From a virus (Duplodnaviria; Caudoviricetes): a stretch of 48,511 bases of DNA. The notes under the pieces are model-generated. The model saw only the letters and a program-made list of their open reading frames with translations. It searched no databases and had not been told where the DNA came from. Every line of letters starts with the position of its first letter. The stretch's first letter is position 1. Location: positions 1 through 48,511 of the IMG/VR virus record IMGVR_UViG_3300020045_002845; one strand, written 5' to 3'. Both the position numbers and the translations under genes were made by a program. Of the stretch, positions 20,111 through 28,763 are shown piece after piece.

Positions 20111-20457
20111 TACGCCCCCGTAACAATAGCGTAGTCTGGAATTTCCGAACGGTTAAGAGCGTTACCATAGTTCATTACCGACCTAATCTCATCAGCATTA
20201 ACATCAAATGGATTAAGCTCTACATGCGTACCAAGCAAGATATAATCACCAGCCTTTGCATCAGCATATTCAGTCCAGAAGGTATTTTTCTCTACAAACT
20301 CCGCGCCCTTCGCGTCATATACCGTCTTACCAAGCAGGCCATAGTCACAATTAATAACCACTGGAGATGCATATGATGCTTCCCCATACTCATCTTTAGC
20401 GCCAACCTTCCAAATGGTAGCGGTCGTTGTATATGACCAATTAGCAGCGGAAGTCAT
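20110..20457 (-). CDS. Head closure protein
   Basis: Synteny; WSYTTTATIW, DEYG. Confidence 0.65.
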   Translation of the reverse strand: MTSAANWSYTTTATIWKVGAKDEYGEASYASPVVINCDYGLLGKTVYDAKGAEFVEKNTFWTEYADAKAGDYILLGTHVELNPFDVNADEIRSVMNYGNALNRSEIPDYAIVTGA

Positions 20458-20845
20458 TTCGCTTACCTCTAAATCCCTTCACTACGCCAAACATGGCGCC
20501 AGTTACACCTACCGGTGCCGACACAATAGAGTTGGTGCACCCAAAGGTATCAAGCGCCTGCAATTGGTAATAGAGCGCTACCCACGGCGTACTTCCATAG
20601 GAAAATGATTCAGATGCACCTGATGGGGCAGTATGTCCGGTTAGCAATCGACTATTGGTAGATGATGCCATGAGAATAGCTGACCAAGTTAAAATTGCAT
20701 TCTGTGTGCATTCGTCTGGATAGTTAGCTGTAATGCATGCTGATATCTTATCCAATAGACATAAAATACCGTCAATCTCAGATGTTGGTAATGAGATCCC
20801 ACGAACAGCTAATGCTGCGGTAATATCACTTGTTGTTACTGTCAT
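20441..20845 (-). CDS. Head-tail adaptor
   Basis: APSGASESF, LDTFGC; likely start MTVTTSD. Confidence 0.65.
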   Translation of the reverse strand: MTVTTSDITAALAVRGISLPTSEIDGILCLLDKISACITANYPDECTQNAILTWSAILMASSTNSRLLTGHTAPSGASESFSYGSTPWVALYYQLQALDTFGCTNSIVSAPVGVTGAMFGVVKGFRGKRNDFRC

Positions 20846-21140
20846 TATTGGCTCTCCGCTCCATCGCAAGTGCTATGCGTTCTTCCCTGGCATCATGCTT
20901 GCGCTTGTAATAAACCTCGGCAACCTGCTTAAGGATAAGCACTAGACCGCCAACAATAGATACGATTGTGGCAACGGTAGCAAGCGAATCCGGCAACCAT
21001 GTTGGCATTACTATGCTGGATTGGCTTACCGCGCCAATACCAAGGCCGCTACCAACAGACGCATACCCGAACTTATCAACAACCTGACCAATGTCACCAT
21101 TAATCGCCGTCTCGATTGCTCCGTGAATGTTTTCTATCAT
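20826..21140 (-). CDS. Small membrane protein, holin-like
   Basis: TM segment LATVATIVSIVGGLVLIL then a highly charged C-terminus. Confidence 0.5.
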   Translation of the reverse strand: MIENIHGAIETAINGDIGQVVDKFGYASVGSGLGIGAVSQSSIVMPTWLPDSLATVATIVSIVGGLVLILKQVAEVYYKRKHDAREERIALAMERRANNDSNNK

Positions 21141-21628
21141 CTTGATGGGCCTTTATAATTGATTTGTAACTTATGTAGATTGCTCGCGCGCTTGCGGCGA
21201 TAATCAAAAGAGAAAGTAAGATACCCAAATTGAGCGCCCCATTTGGTTAGCGATGCAAGAATAGCCAAGTGGATTGCAAGGATTATGAATGCGTATTCAC
21301 GATGGAGGAATGTTTCTACAGGGGTGATGAATTGCCAGATAAAAGACTCAGCAGCGACAATCCACTCGTAAATGCTCATTAATAATGCTGACAAAGCAAT
21401 GTAAATATTTGACCTAAAATAAATAGCTGGAGCAAGCCAGATAAAGGATTGGATCAGAAAGTAAAAGAACTCATAGCCACCTTTCCTTGCGCTAAACAAC
21501 TCTACCGCATCCCATCCAACATACATTGATGCAGCTAGAAATGGTAAGCAGACCGCAAATGCAATCTGTTTATTGTAGAGGAAAGCCCCCAAGTACATGA
21601 GGGCTGTAGCAACATCAATCGATACCAT
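21137..21628 (-). CDS. Polytopic membrane protein (about 5 TM)
   Basis: Several hydrophobic segments, basic tail. Confidence 0.75.
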   Translation of the reverse strand: MVSIDVATALMYLGAFLYNKQIAFAVCLPFLAASMYVGWDAVELFSARKGGYEFFYFLIQSFIWLAPAIYFRSNIYIALSALLMSIYEWIVAAESFIWQFITPVETFLHREYAFIILAIHLAILASLTKWGAQFGYLTFSFDYRRKRASNLHKLQINYKGPSR

Positions 21629-21756
21629 TAGCGAGACGGACTGTTTGAGCTGCCATTGGGTTTTGCGACCGGATTGACTGGCTTAGTTGGCTTCGCTTTA
21701 CTTTTGTTCACGCTATCTTCGTCAACTTTACGGCTAGGACTATTTGAACTACCCAT
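21628..21756 (-). CDS. 42-aa peptide with duplicated GSSNSPSR motif
   Basis: MGSSNSPSRKVDEDSVNKSKAKPTKPVNPVAKPNGSSNSPSR; AAGGG RBS; TAATG overlap with the next gene. Confidence 0.75.
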   Translation of the reverse strand: MGSSNSPSRKVDEDSVNKSKAKPTKPVNPVAKPNGSSNSPSR

Positions 21757-21795
21757 TTTAAAATACCCTTATGTTTGGTGTTTCTGAATTATACA

Positions 21796-22644
21796 TTAAA
21801 TTGGCAAATCAGGTTGGCCTTCATACCATGAAAGATATGCCGAGAAGTTTTGCGCCTGCGTATCAAGTGATGTTACTCGCAAAAGATAGGCTGTGTTTGG
21901 AAGCATGATGATCTCCTCACCCAAGGATGCTCCAGAGTTACCCTGACCTTGATTTGATGTGCTACCTTCACTATAAGCAATTGCAGTTGTCAGCGTACCA
22001 ATATTGGTGATTGTTGGCGCGGTCAATAAAGTGACGCCGGCTACTGCTGGATTGATATCGTTCGGGTTATTAATATCAGAAGCTGTTCCGCCGGTATATG
22101 TTGGCTGGCGATAGATTGCCGCTGCCACCCCATTACCGGTATACCCGATATTTCGCGCATAAAGAATTACTGGGTTTGCTCCAGTTAGGAATATTGAGTC
22201 AGCATTAGCCCCAGCAGCCAGGCCAACAACTCGTCTTGATGCATTGAACAGGTTGCCAAGCTTTGTATTAGCATCGCGGAAACTTTGACTTGTCACGGCT
22301 CTTGAACCAGTGAAAACCCCAGCAGGAATACTAGCCTCTAAATCGTCACTGCGCCATACGCCAATATTAATTGCTGTAACAGTGCCAGGTACGCCAGATT
22401 TGACGATTTTAAATCTGCGGGCCACGCCAGAGTAAGTAGTTCCATCAACCTGAATCCAGTTTTCACCAGAAGTATCAGGAGAGATATAACTTTTAACTGC
22501 GCCTTTTGGCAGGGATACAATCTGATTAGATACATTTCCAGCGACAACATTTACCTGTAGGGATGACCAATCAGCGGACATGATACTACCAAGCTCAGCC
22601 GACCCATCTGCATTTCCAGTGGTAAAGCTATATGGGAGCGCCAT
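21796..22644 (-). CDS. Putative virion structural protein
   Basis: 282 aa beta-rich, downstream of the capsid gene. Confidence 0.55.
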   Translation of the reverse strand: MALPYSFTTGNADGSAELGSIMSADWSSLQVNVVAGNVSNQIVSLPKGAVKSYISPDTSGENWIQVDGTTYSGVARRFKIVKSGVPGTVTAINIGVWRSDDLEASIPAGVFTGSRAVTSQSFRDANTKLGNLFNASRRVVGLAAGANADSIFLTGANPVILYARNIGYTGNGVAAAIYRQPTYTGGTASDINNPNDINPAVAGVTLLTAPTITNIGTLTTAIAYSEGSTSNQGQGNSGASLGEEIIMLPNTAYLLRVTSLDTQAQNFSAYLSWYEGQPDLPI

Positions 22645-22647
22645 AAT

Positions 22648-22818
22648 TTACTTGTCCGCTTTTTTGGTTGTTTTCTTGCCTGCTGGCGTCGCAACAACAA
22701 ATTCTTTCTCTTTAATAAGAGTAGCCTTGCCAACAAGCCAAAGAGGAAGACGATCACCTTCGTAGGTGTCACCCTTCTTTAATTCATGCGAATCATGCGT
22801 TACTAGATACTTCATCAT
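22648..22818 (-). CDS. 56-aa post-capsid protein (absent from ORF track)
   Basis: MMKYLVTHDSHELKKGD...KKTTKKADK; GAGGA RBS. Confidence 0.65.
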   Translation of the reverse strand: MMKYLVTHDSHELKKGDTYEGDRLPLWLVGKATLIKEKEFVVATPAGKKTTKKADK

Positions 22819-22832
22819 TAAATCCTCTTATG

Positions 22833-22856
22833 AAAAAGGCCGCACTAAGCGGCCTT
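22833..22856 (-). terminator. Terminator after the capsid gene
   Basis: AAGGCCGC-loop-GCGGCCTTTTT on minus strand. Confidence 0.8.
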
Positions 22857-22880
22857 CTAATTATAACTTATTGTTACCAA

Positions 22881-23876
22881 TTACGCCTTGGTAAACTGGG
22901 CATAGCCTGCAGCTAAGTTACCATCAAATTTCCACTCAGGCGCGGCCGCTGCGATGACACTGAATGCATAATCATCTTCAGGGCGCAGACGGGTCAGCGC
23001 GCGAGTGGTGATAGGCATGCCATTCAGAATCTGATAAACATCAGAACGTTTGCAGACTGCCAGAACTTCGTTAACTGGAACACTTGAAGATGGGACGATC
23101 GCCGCAACACCTGGAATTTCCATGATGCGGGACAGAATAGTCTTCGGGTAGTTCGCAGCATAGTCAGTCACTGACATATAGAACCAGTCGCTATAGTTCA
23201 GGTAGAAAGTTACCGGAGTATAGTAGTTCTTGGCTTGCAGGGCAGCGATTACTGATTTGAATACAGTAACCCATTGCGCACCGGTTGCACCATTCAGGTC
23301 AATACCATGAGTACCAGTTACGCGGTTAGGCGCGGTACGCAGGCCATAAATAGTATTACCGCCAACGTTGATTTTGGTATCACCGTTCAGAACCAGGTCT
23401 TCCAGCTTCTCTGCAATGCGGCGGTTTGCGTTCATGCGCGCAGCGGAGTCCAGAGAATAACCTTCAGTGGCAGCCGCAGCCATTTGACGCCAGCCGAAAG
23501 AGAAGCTTGTGTCAATGATTGGCAATGGTGTGCCGTAGTAGTTGATTTCTGGCTGGTCAGTCTTGGCCTTACCGCGACCATCCAGAGAAATATTCACTTC
23601 GCCGGAATCAGAAACGGTCTGGAATTCATGCAGCGTCTTGCCGATGTTCATTGGCATCGAGATGCTTGCCAAGTCATTAAATACGGCCAGAACGGAACGC
23701 TGAATTTCTACAGCGTCACGGTCCCACGTTTTCCATACGTACTGTGGCAGAACCAATGCGTTACCCTGCATTCGCTTCTCACCATACTGTTCTGCCATTT
23801 GCTTCTGGTTTACTTCCCAGTCGCGGCGCTCACCAATGATTTGCGCTTGTTGATTAGCTGTAAATTTAAGCATCAT
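22881..23876 (-). CDS. Major capsid protein (HK97 fold)
   Basis: 331 aa; [16 protein letters not shown]; follows scaffold and decoration genes. Confidence 0.9.
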   Translation of the reverse strand: MMLKFTANQQAQIIGERRDWEVNQKQMAEQYGEKRMQGNALVLPQYVWKTWDRDAVEIQRSVLAVFNDLASISMPMNIGKTLHEFQTVSDSGEVNISLDGRGKAKTDQPEINYYGTPLPIIDTSFSFGWRQMAAAATEGYSLDSAARMNANRRIAEKLEDLVLNGDTKINVGGNTIYGLRTAPNRVTGTHGIDLNGATGAQWVTVFKSVIAALQAKNYYTPVTFYLNYSDWFYMSVTDYAANYPKTILSRIMEIPGVAAIVPSSSVPVNEVLAVCKRSDVYQILNGMPITTRALTRLRPEDDYAFSVIAAAAPEWKFDGNLAAGYAQFTKA

Positions 23877-23884
23877 TTAGCCCC

Positions 23885-24319
23885 TTAAGCTTTAACGTAT
23901 GCGTTAGCAACGACAACATCCGCAAAGCCCTGCGCTGCAAGGGTGCGACCTGCTTTTTCGTCAAAGTAGAACAGGACCGTATTGCCGGAAGCCGCTGCGG
24001 CCAAAACGCCACCTGCGCCCACGGTCAGCTCCTGACCCACTGTATATGCTGCTGCCGCCAACTGAGCATAATATTCTTGCTCAGGCTCCAAGCGGAAAGC
24101 TACTGCTGTCTCGCCAGATGCATAGGCGGTAGAGATTGCCTGACCAACGAAACGGCGGTTACCGAGAATAAAGTTACGACCAGTTGCAGCAGTTGCTACT
24201 GCCAGAGCTGTGCCGGAAGATTTAACAATGACGCCGGGAACTAATGCCGCGCCAACTGGGAGGTTGATTGTTTCTGGCTCGCGTTCAACCGGACCACGAT
24301 AAATAACATGAGCAACCAT
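23885..24319 (-). CDS. Head decoration protein
   Basis: Ala/Gly-rich 144 aa between scaffold and capsid genes. Confidence 0.75.
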   Translation of the reverse strand: MVAHVIYRGPVEREPETINLPVGAALVPGVIVKSSGTALAVATAATGRNFILGNRRFVGQAISTAYASGETAVAFRLEPEQEYYAQLAAAAYTVGQELTVGAGGVLAAAASGNTVLFYFDEKAGRTLAAQGFADVVVANAYVKA

Positions 24320-25623
24320 TATTTGGTCTCCTCAAAGTTTACGTTCATGTCGTAGCCTTCCCAGCCATCTTTGGTAGGCTTGTCGCCAGCATCGCCGGAG
24401 AGCAGGCCGTTAGAAGCTTGGGTTTTAGCGAACACTTCAACCAGCGCATCGCCTGACAGGAAGTTAACTACTGCATCGGTAAAGCCGAGTTTGGTTTTGA
24501 TAGCGTCACGCATAGTCTGTTCTTCTTTCTTGCTATTCGCTTCGAGAGATGATTTCAGGTCTGCATTCTGCGCTTTAACTGCGACAAGCTCAGAGTTAAC
24601 GGCTGACAGCTGGTCAGTTACCGGCTTGAGCGCGTTAGCAAGAATTGCCAGCATTTGCTCTTCATTCATTTGTGTAGCCTCTTGTGATTTAACCGGCTCA
24701 AGCTCGGTCGTAATGGTTGCCTTAAATCGTTCACCGTCGAATTGTACCACGTTATCAATATCAATGTGGTACTGCTGCCCGTAAGTCACACCGAGAAGCT
24801 CATAGCCAAATTGGTTATCGTACACGGCCATAATGTAAGGCCACGTATCGGCTGGCATGTTCTCTTTTAGCTTGGAGCGGATTTGGTCAGTGATTTGATC
24901 AAACGTCAGCTTTGATGAGTTGCCGGTGATGAAATTGGTGATGCGCTTGATGATGGAGTGATCGCGTTTGTCAGCTGAGTTATCCGGCGCGGATTCTTCT
25001 TCCAGGTTTACCACGAAGCGGGATAGCTTCTGATTGTTGGATGCGAAGATGCCGACACCTTCTTCTGGTGAACCAGCGGCAGGAACATCAGCAGGAAGAA
25101 TGGCGATATGATCCCATTCAAAGTTCATGCCGCGCTGAGTGTAAGACTTGCCCTTAGATGTGCCTTCTTCATCCATGAGATTCAGGAGCAAGCCAGTGGA
25201 AACTTGAATTGGTTCGGCGGCGCTATTTGCCATAAGCGCATCAAGGCGAGAGATAATGTCTTTGCCGCCATCTGTGCGGGATGCAAAATCTTGGTCAAGA
25301 TACATATCGACCTGGTAACGGTCACCATTAACATGGGCGTTAGTAGCTGATGCGCCAATATAATAAGCATTAACAGCCAAAATATTCTCTGCACTCACAT
25401 AATCACCGCCAATTTTCGGGTGGTTGTATGGCATTTTCTTATCATTTAGGCCGGTGTAGGTCTTATCCAGCTCTTCCCTTGGATACAGAATGCCATTCAT
25501 GACGCCATCAGCAATTACCGCAGTAACATCTTTAACGACATAATGCGGCCTGCCATTAACCTCTTGTTTTGAAATGTTGCTCGCAGCGTTAATGACGCTT
25601 GTAGCATTTACTTGGATTTTCAT
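24319..25623 (-). CDS. Prohead protease/scaffold (DUF2213-like)
   Basis: [22 protein letters not shown]; C-terminal coiled coil. Confidence 0.8.
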   Translation of the reverse strand: MKIQVNATSVINAASNISKQEVNGRPHYVVKDVTAVIADGVMNGILYPREELDKTYTGLNDKKMPYNHPKIGGDYVSAENILAVNAYYIGASATNAHVNGDRYQVDMYLDQDFASRTDGGKDIISRLDALMANSAAEPIQVSTGLLLNLMDEEGTSKGKSYTQRGMNFEWDHIAILPADVPAAGSPEEGVGIFASNNQKLSRFVVNLEEESAPDNSADKRDHSIIKRITNFITGNSSKLTFDQITDQIRSKLKENMPADTWPYIMAVYDNQFGYELLGVTYGQQYHIDIDNVVQFDGERFKATITTELEPVKSQEATQMNEEQMLAILANALKPVTDQLSAVNSELVAVKAQNADLKSSLEANSKKEEQTMRDAIKTKLGFTDAVVNFLSGDALVEVFAKTQASNGLLSGDAGDKPTKDGWEGYDMNVNFEETK

Positions 25624-25667
25624 CTAGCAAGCCTCTATTTTCAGATATCCAGCATTATACCACCAAG

Positions 25668-26156
25668 TCATCTAATTCGTGAGTATCTCCCGTGGAGCCT
25701 TTCCCTAAGTGATTTCTGTGCTGATATGGCATCATCTATATTGGAAAACGTGCCAGCGTTATGTGGCTTGTTATTTAGCCAGCAAATAGCCTTCCACTTC
25801 CCCTCTCTTTCACTCCATATTACGCCCTTGGTACCGCTAGTGTTTCTTTTGCATAGCTTCTGGTTATGATTGTTCTGAGACTGACTAGCTAGCCTTAGGT
25901 TTGCTATGCAGTTATTAGATGGATCGCAATCAATGTGATCAATCTGCATTTCATCATCGATTTCACCATGACATATAACCCAAGCAAGCCTGTGGGCATA
26001 ATATCTCTTCCCTAGCAGCACTATCCTCACATAACCATCATCCCTGATGCTACCGGTAGGCCTAGGCCTAGGCCTAGAGCTATTGCCTTTTCGTTTGAAC
26101 ACCCCGGACTCTGAATCATATTCCAAATGCTTTAGTATCTGTTCTTTGCTTAGCAT
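25668..26156 (-). CDS. HNH homing endonuclease with AP2-like domain
   Basis: YYAHRLAW, IDHIDCDPSNNCIANLR; start MLSKEQ. Confidence 0.85.
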   Translation of the reverse strand: MLSKEQILKHLEYDSESGVFKRKGNSSRPRPRPTGSIRDDGYVRIVLLGKRYYAHRLAWVICHGEIDDEMQIDHIDCDPSNNCIANLRLASQSQNNHNQKLCKRNTSGTKGVIWSEREGKWKAICWLNNKPHNAGTFSNIDDAISAQKSLRERLHGRYSRIR

Positions 26157-26281
26157 ATCAGTCACCAAATAAAAAGGCTGCACTATCAGGGTGGTGTAGG
26201 GCGGATAGTTGCCCTCCTGAAAATGCAGCCGTTTCATTCCATCCAATTTTAAGGCCACCACAGCCGACGTAGATTATACCA
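26156..26281 (-). promoter_or_regulatory. Promoter plus structured antisense/attenuator leader of the HNH gene
   Basis: TGGTATAAT; branched hairpin 26176-26230 followed by U5; loop and bulge complementary to flanking sites. Confidence 0.6.
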
Positions 26282-26284
26282 TAG

Positions 26285-26306
26285 AAAAAGCCCTCGCTAG
26301 GAGGGC
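26285..26306 (-). terminator. Intrinsic terminator
   Basis: GCCCTC-CTAGC-GAGGGC-TTTTT on minus strand. Confidence 0.75.
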
Positions 26307-26313
26307 CATTGAT

Positions 26314-26499
26314 TTACTTGCATCGCATACACCATAGACTCGCAGTGATGATGCAGCATATGACAGATAGCGTGATGAAAACAGATTTAGCTACGATGTC
26401 GTGGCTTAGCTCGGTGATTACTATATGCGTCATATCAATCACGATGGTATCAATCGTCATCATGATCAACAGCAACCAAAATCTATCGCTACTTTTCAT
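26314..26499 (-). CDS. Small membrane protein
   Basis: Two hydrophobic segments; coupled to the upstream gene. Confidence 0.55.
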   Translation of the reverse strand: MKSSDRFWLLLIMMTIDTIVIDMTHIVITELSHDIVAKSVFITLSVICCIITASLWCMRCK

Positions 26500-26767
26500 A
26501 TTTGCCGCCCGCTAGTTTGGTGTAGAAGGTTGCACCAACATGCATCAAATGCAAGCTGGATTCCGACGATTCGTTATAGGTAAATATTTTACCATCCACA
26601 CCTATATGTTCATCTCTGACAGGAGGTTTCCTTTGAAGCCGATTCTTAATCTCACGCATACGGTCGCCGATGAGCATAAGAGCGCGCTCAGTTTCTTTAT
26701 ACATCACATCAAGCTCGGCGAGCTGTTCGTTATCGCGAATTGTTTGTTCTGTGCATGGCTTATTCAT
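26489..26767 (-). CDS. Hypothetical protein
   Basis: Start MNKPCTEQ; coiled coil. Confidence 0.55.
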   Translation of the reverse strand: MNKPCTEQTIRDNEQLAELDVMYKETERALMLIGDRMREIKNRLQRKPPVRDEHIGVDGKIFTYNESSESSLHLMHVGATFYTKLAGGKYEK

Positions 26768-26883
26768 ACTCTTTTCCTTCCATAATACCAATCAATAAAC
26801 CATATTTCTGCTGGCTCATCTTCGTGGTCGATGTATTCAAGCGTTTCTACAAGAAGCCAGTTTCGCAAAAGCATCATTTTCAT

Positions 26884-27069
26884 TCACAACTCCTTAATGG
26901 AGGTAATAGCGCGCTTGAATGCTCTGATGTAGTTTTCCATGCTGAATCTAATCCGTCTATGTCCATCATCAATAATAACATCAGACTCATTTACGTTTAT
27001 TACGATAAATTCAGCACCTTGCAGGTAAAGGAAATCATTTTCTGCTGGCTGGCTTCTTGGGTCGCGCAT
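26884..27069 (-). CDS. Hypothetical protein (MRDPR family, paralog of 40084)
   Basis: MRDPRSQPAENDFL. Confidence 0.6.
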   Translation of the reverse strand: MRDPRSQPAENDFLYLQGAEFIVINVNESDVIIDDGHRRIRFSMENYIRAFKRAITSIKEL

Positions 27070-27092
27070 GGGGTGCCCCTTAATCTGGTTAC

Positions 27093-27644
27093 TTACGCAT
27101 CACGCTTCGCTCCATGGTTATGCATATATCCATGCTCTATCTCTGCGCTTTTCCTTGCGCAAGCGGCGTCAAATATATTTCCATAATGACCCAAATCCTT
27201 TTGCTTGCTTACATCTATGTTTATGTATGCATTCCACATCCCCCTAAATCGATTGAAGCAAACTCCATTTACACCGCTTTTGTTTGCTGCATTTTCTCGC
27301 TTGTTCCTGCAATTATCCTTGTAGCTAAGTAGGCGTAAATTATCAATGCGATTATTCATCCCATCACAGTCTATGTGGTCTACAGTCATTCCTTCTGGCG
27401 GGAATTCTCCGTAATAATGCAGCCAAGCCAATCTGTGCGCATAGTGCCTGAATCTATCGATATTTATTCTCACGTAGAAGGTTCTATGTGTCTTATGTCT
27501 ACTTAATGCTTGCTGGCCTACCTTTATTCTGCCATTCGTAGATACCAGCCAAGAGAAAACTCCAGACTCATGGTCATATCTCACCAAACTATCTAACCGT
27601 TCTTTTGTCAAATCAGTTTCTATTGGTCTCATATATCCACCCAT
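27093..27644 (-). CDS. HNH homing endonuclease with AP2-like domain
   Basis: YAHRLAW, VDHIDCDGMNNRIDNLR. Confidence 0.85.
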   Translation of the reverse strand: MGGYMRPIETDLTKERLDSLVRYDHESGVFSWLVSTNGRIKVGQQALSRHKTHRTFYVRINIDRFRHYAHRLAWLHYYGEFPPEGMTVDHIDCDGMNNRIDNLRLLSYKDNCRNKRENAANKSGVNGVCFNRFRGMWNAYINIDVSKQKDLGHYGNIFDAACARKSAEIEHGYMHNHGAKRDA

Positions 27645-27668
27645 GAAAAGTAAACTATAGGCATCATA

Positions 27669-27761
27669 TCACATCGAGCAGAAAGTAACCATAAACGTCT
27701 TATTTACCGCAATCCCTTCACGGGTATCTTTGTTCGCGTACATCTGGCCTAAAGTTGCCAT
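27669..27761 (-). pseudogene. Probable truncated 5' gene fragment (ParB-like N-terminus?)
   Basis: MATLGQMYANKDTREGIAVNKTFMV then stop at the HNH boundary; family recalled, not verified. Confidence 0.35.
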
Positions 27762-27937
27762 TATTTGGTTTCTCCAAGTTCTGCAATATGCTTTTTGGTT
27801 GCTAAGATAATCGTATATGGACGGCCGCCGTATGTGGCATTTGCGTAATCTTCAGCGATAGCCTTCGTAACCGCTACGGCAACAAGACAGTTTCCAGGAA
27901 GCAAAATGGCGTGAGGCAAATACTCTTCGTCTTTCAT
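27761..27937 (-). CDS. 58-aa hypothetical protein
   Basis: MKDEEYLPH...LGETK; TAATG coupling on both sides. Confidence 0.6.
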   Translation of the reverse strand: MKDEEYLPHAILLPGNCLVAVAVTKAIAEDYANATYGGRPYTIILATKKHIAELGETK

Positions 27938-28197
27938 TATTTTGTTTCTCCTAATGCTTTGGCGATTGCTGCATTAGCTGCTTTGAACCTTGATAACTTA
28001 TGTGCATCATCCAATGAGTTAATTTCTAGCATTCCCTGTAATGCCTCCAATAAATCAGGAGCGGCAGCAAATAATTTGGCAGCACTTATATCATCATCAT
28101 AATTATCACTATCTGCATGGTAAATATATGCTACAGCCGCGTTTACTTCGCTATTTCCTATAAAAATTCCTGAATTTACAGCTATATATCTTCTCAT
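27937..28197 (-). CDS. Hypothetical protein, AAAPDLLEAL family
   Basis: AKLFAAAPDLLEAL...AIAKALG. Confidence 0.7.
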   Translation of the reverse strand: MRRYIAVNSGIFIGNSEVNAAVAYIYHADSDNYDDDISAAKLFAAAPDLLEALQGMLEINSLDDAHKLSRFKAANAAIAKALGETK

Positions 28198-28199
28198 TA

Positions 28200-28460
28200 T
28201 TACCCCCCCAATGCTTTGGCGATTGCTGTGCGCGCCATATCAAATTCATCTGTGGCTCGGTCGGCAACTCGAACGACCGCGATTAACGCCTCCAGCAAAT
28301 CAGGGGCTGCGGCGATGAGGTTTGCGTTAGCATCCTGTATTTCTTCTGACTGCATGCTTACACTTCCGATTGCACAAATAATTTTCGAGTCCTTACCTGC
28401 CGAATCAACCCATCCTCCGACATTTTCCCACGGCCCTTTAGTACCCTTAAATTTGCTCAT
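28200..28460 (-). CDS. Hypothetical protein, TxGPW/AAAPDLLEAL family
   Basis: MSKFKGTKGPW...ANLIAAAPDLLEAL...AIAKALG. Confidence 0.75.
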   Translation of the reverse strand: MSKFKGTKGPWENVGGWVDSAGKDSKIICAIGSVSMQSEEIQDANANLIAAAPDLLEALIAVVRVADRATDEFDMARTAIAKALGG

Positions 28461-28504
28461 CGTATTCCCCTCTGTGACACGCGCCATTCGCATGTGATAG
28501 AATG

Positions 28505-28533
28505 AATCTACCGCCAGTAGATTTAAAGGTCAA
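28505..28533 (-). promoter_or_regulatory. Early-type promoter
   Basis: TTGACC-N13-GCGG-TAGATT. Confidence 0.7.
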
Positions 28534-28541
28534 CAATTATT

Positions 28542-28751
28542 ATGAGCAGGAAACCAAAAGAGCCAATTGAGGCTTTAACAAAGATTGTCAGCGAGCGCCA
28601 ACCGTTATCTATTAACCAGGCTCGCGAGTTCGCTAAGTGCTACATCTCCATGAAGTGGTGGAGCAAAGAGCGTATGCATAAATTCATCCGCGAAAACTTT
28701 AATGTCGATGATGAAAATAAAGTGACGATAGCGGTAGACAAGCAAGAATGA
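28542..28751 (+). CDS. Hypothetical protein
   Basis: 69-aa ORF divergent from the left arm of the island. Confidence 0.55.
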   Translation: MSRKPKEPIEALTKIVSERQPLSINQAREFAKCYISMKWWSKERMHKFIRENFNVDDENKVTIAVDKQE

Positions 28752-28763
28752 ATGCGGTAGATT
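28735..28763 (+). promoter_or_regulatory. Early-type promoter driving the ncRNA region
   Basis: TAGACA-N13-GCGG-TAGATT. Confidence 0.65.

Noticed and set aside
14327-24784. Plus-strand ORFs opposite tape measure, capsid and scaffold genes (e.g. 23274..23888)
   Set aside because: Antisense shadows of codon-biased genes, with no RBS or motifs
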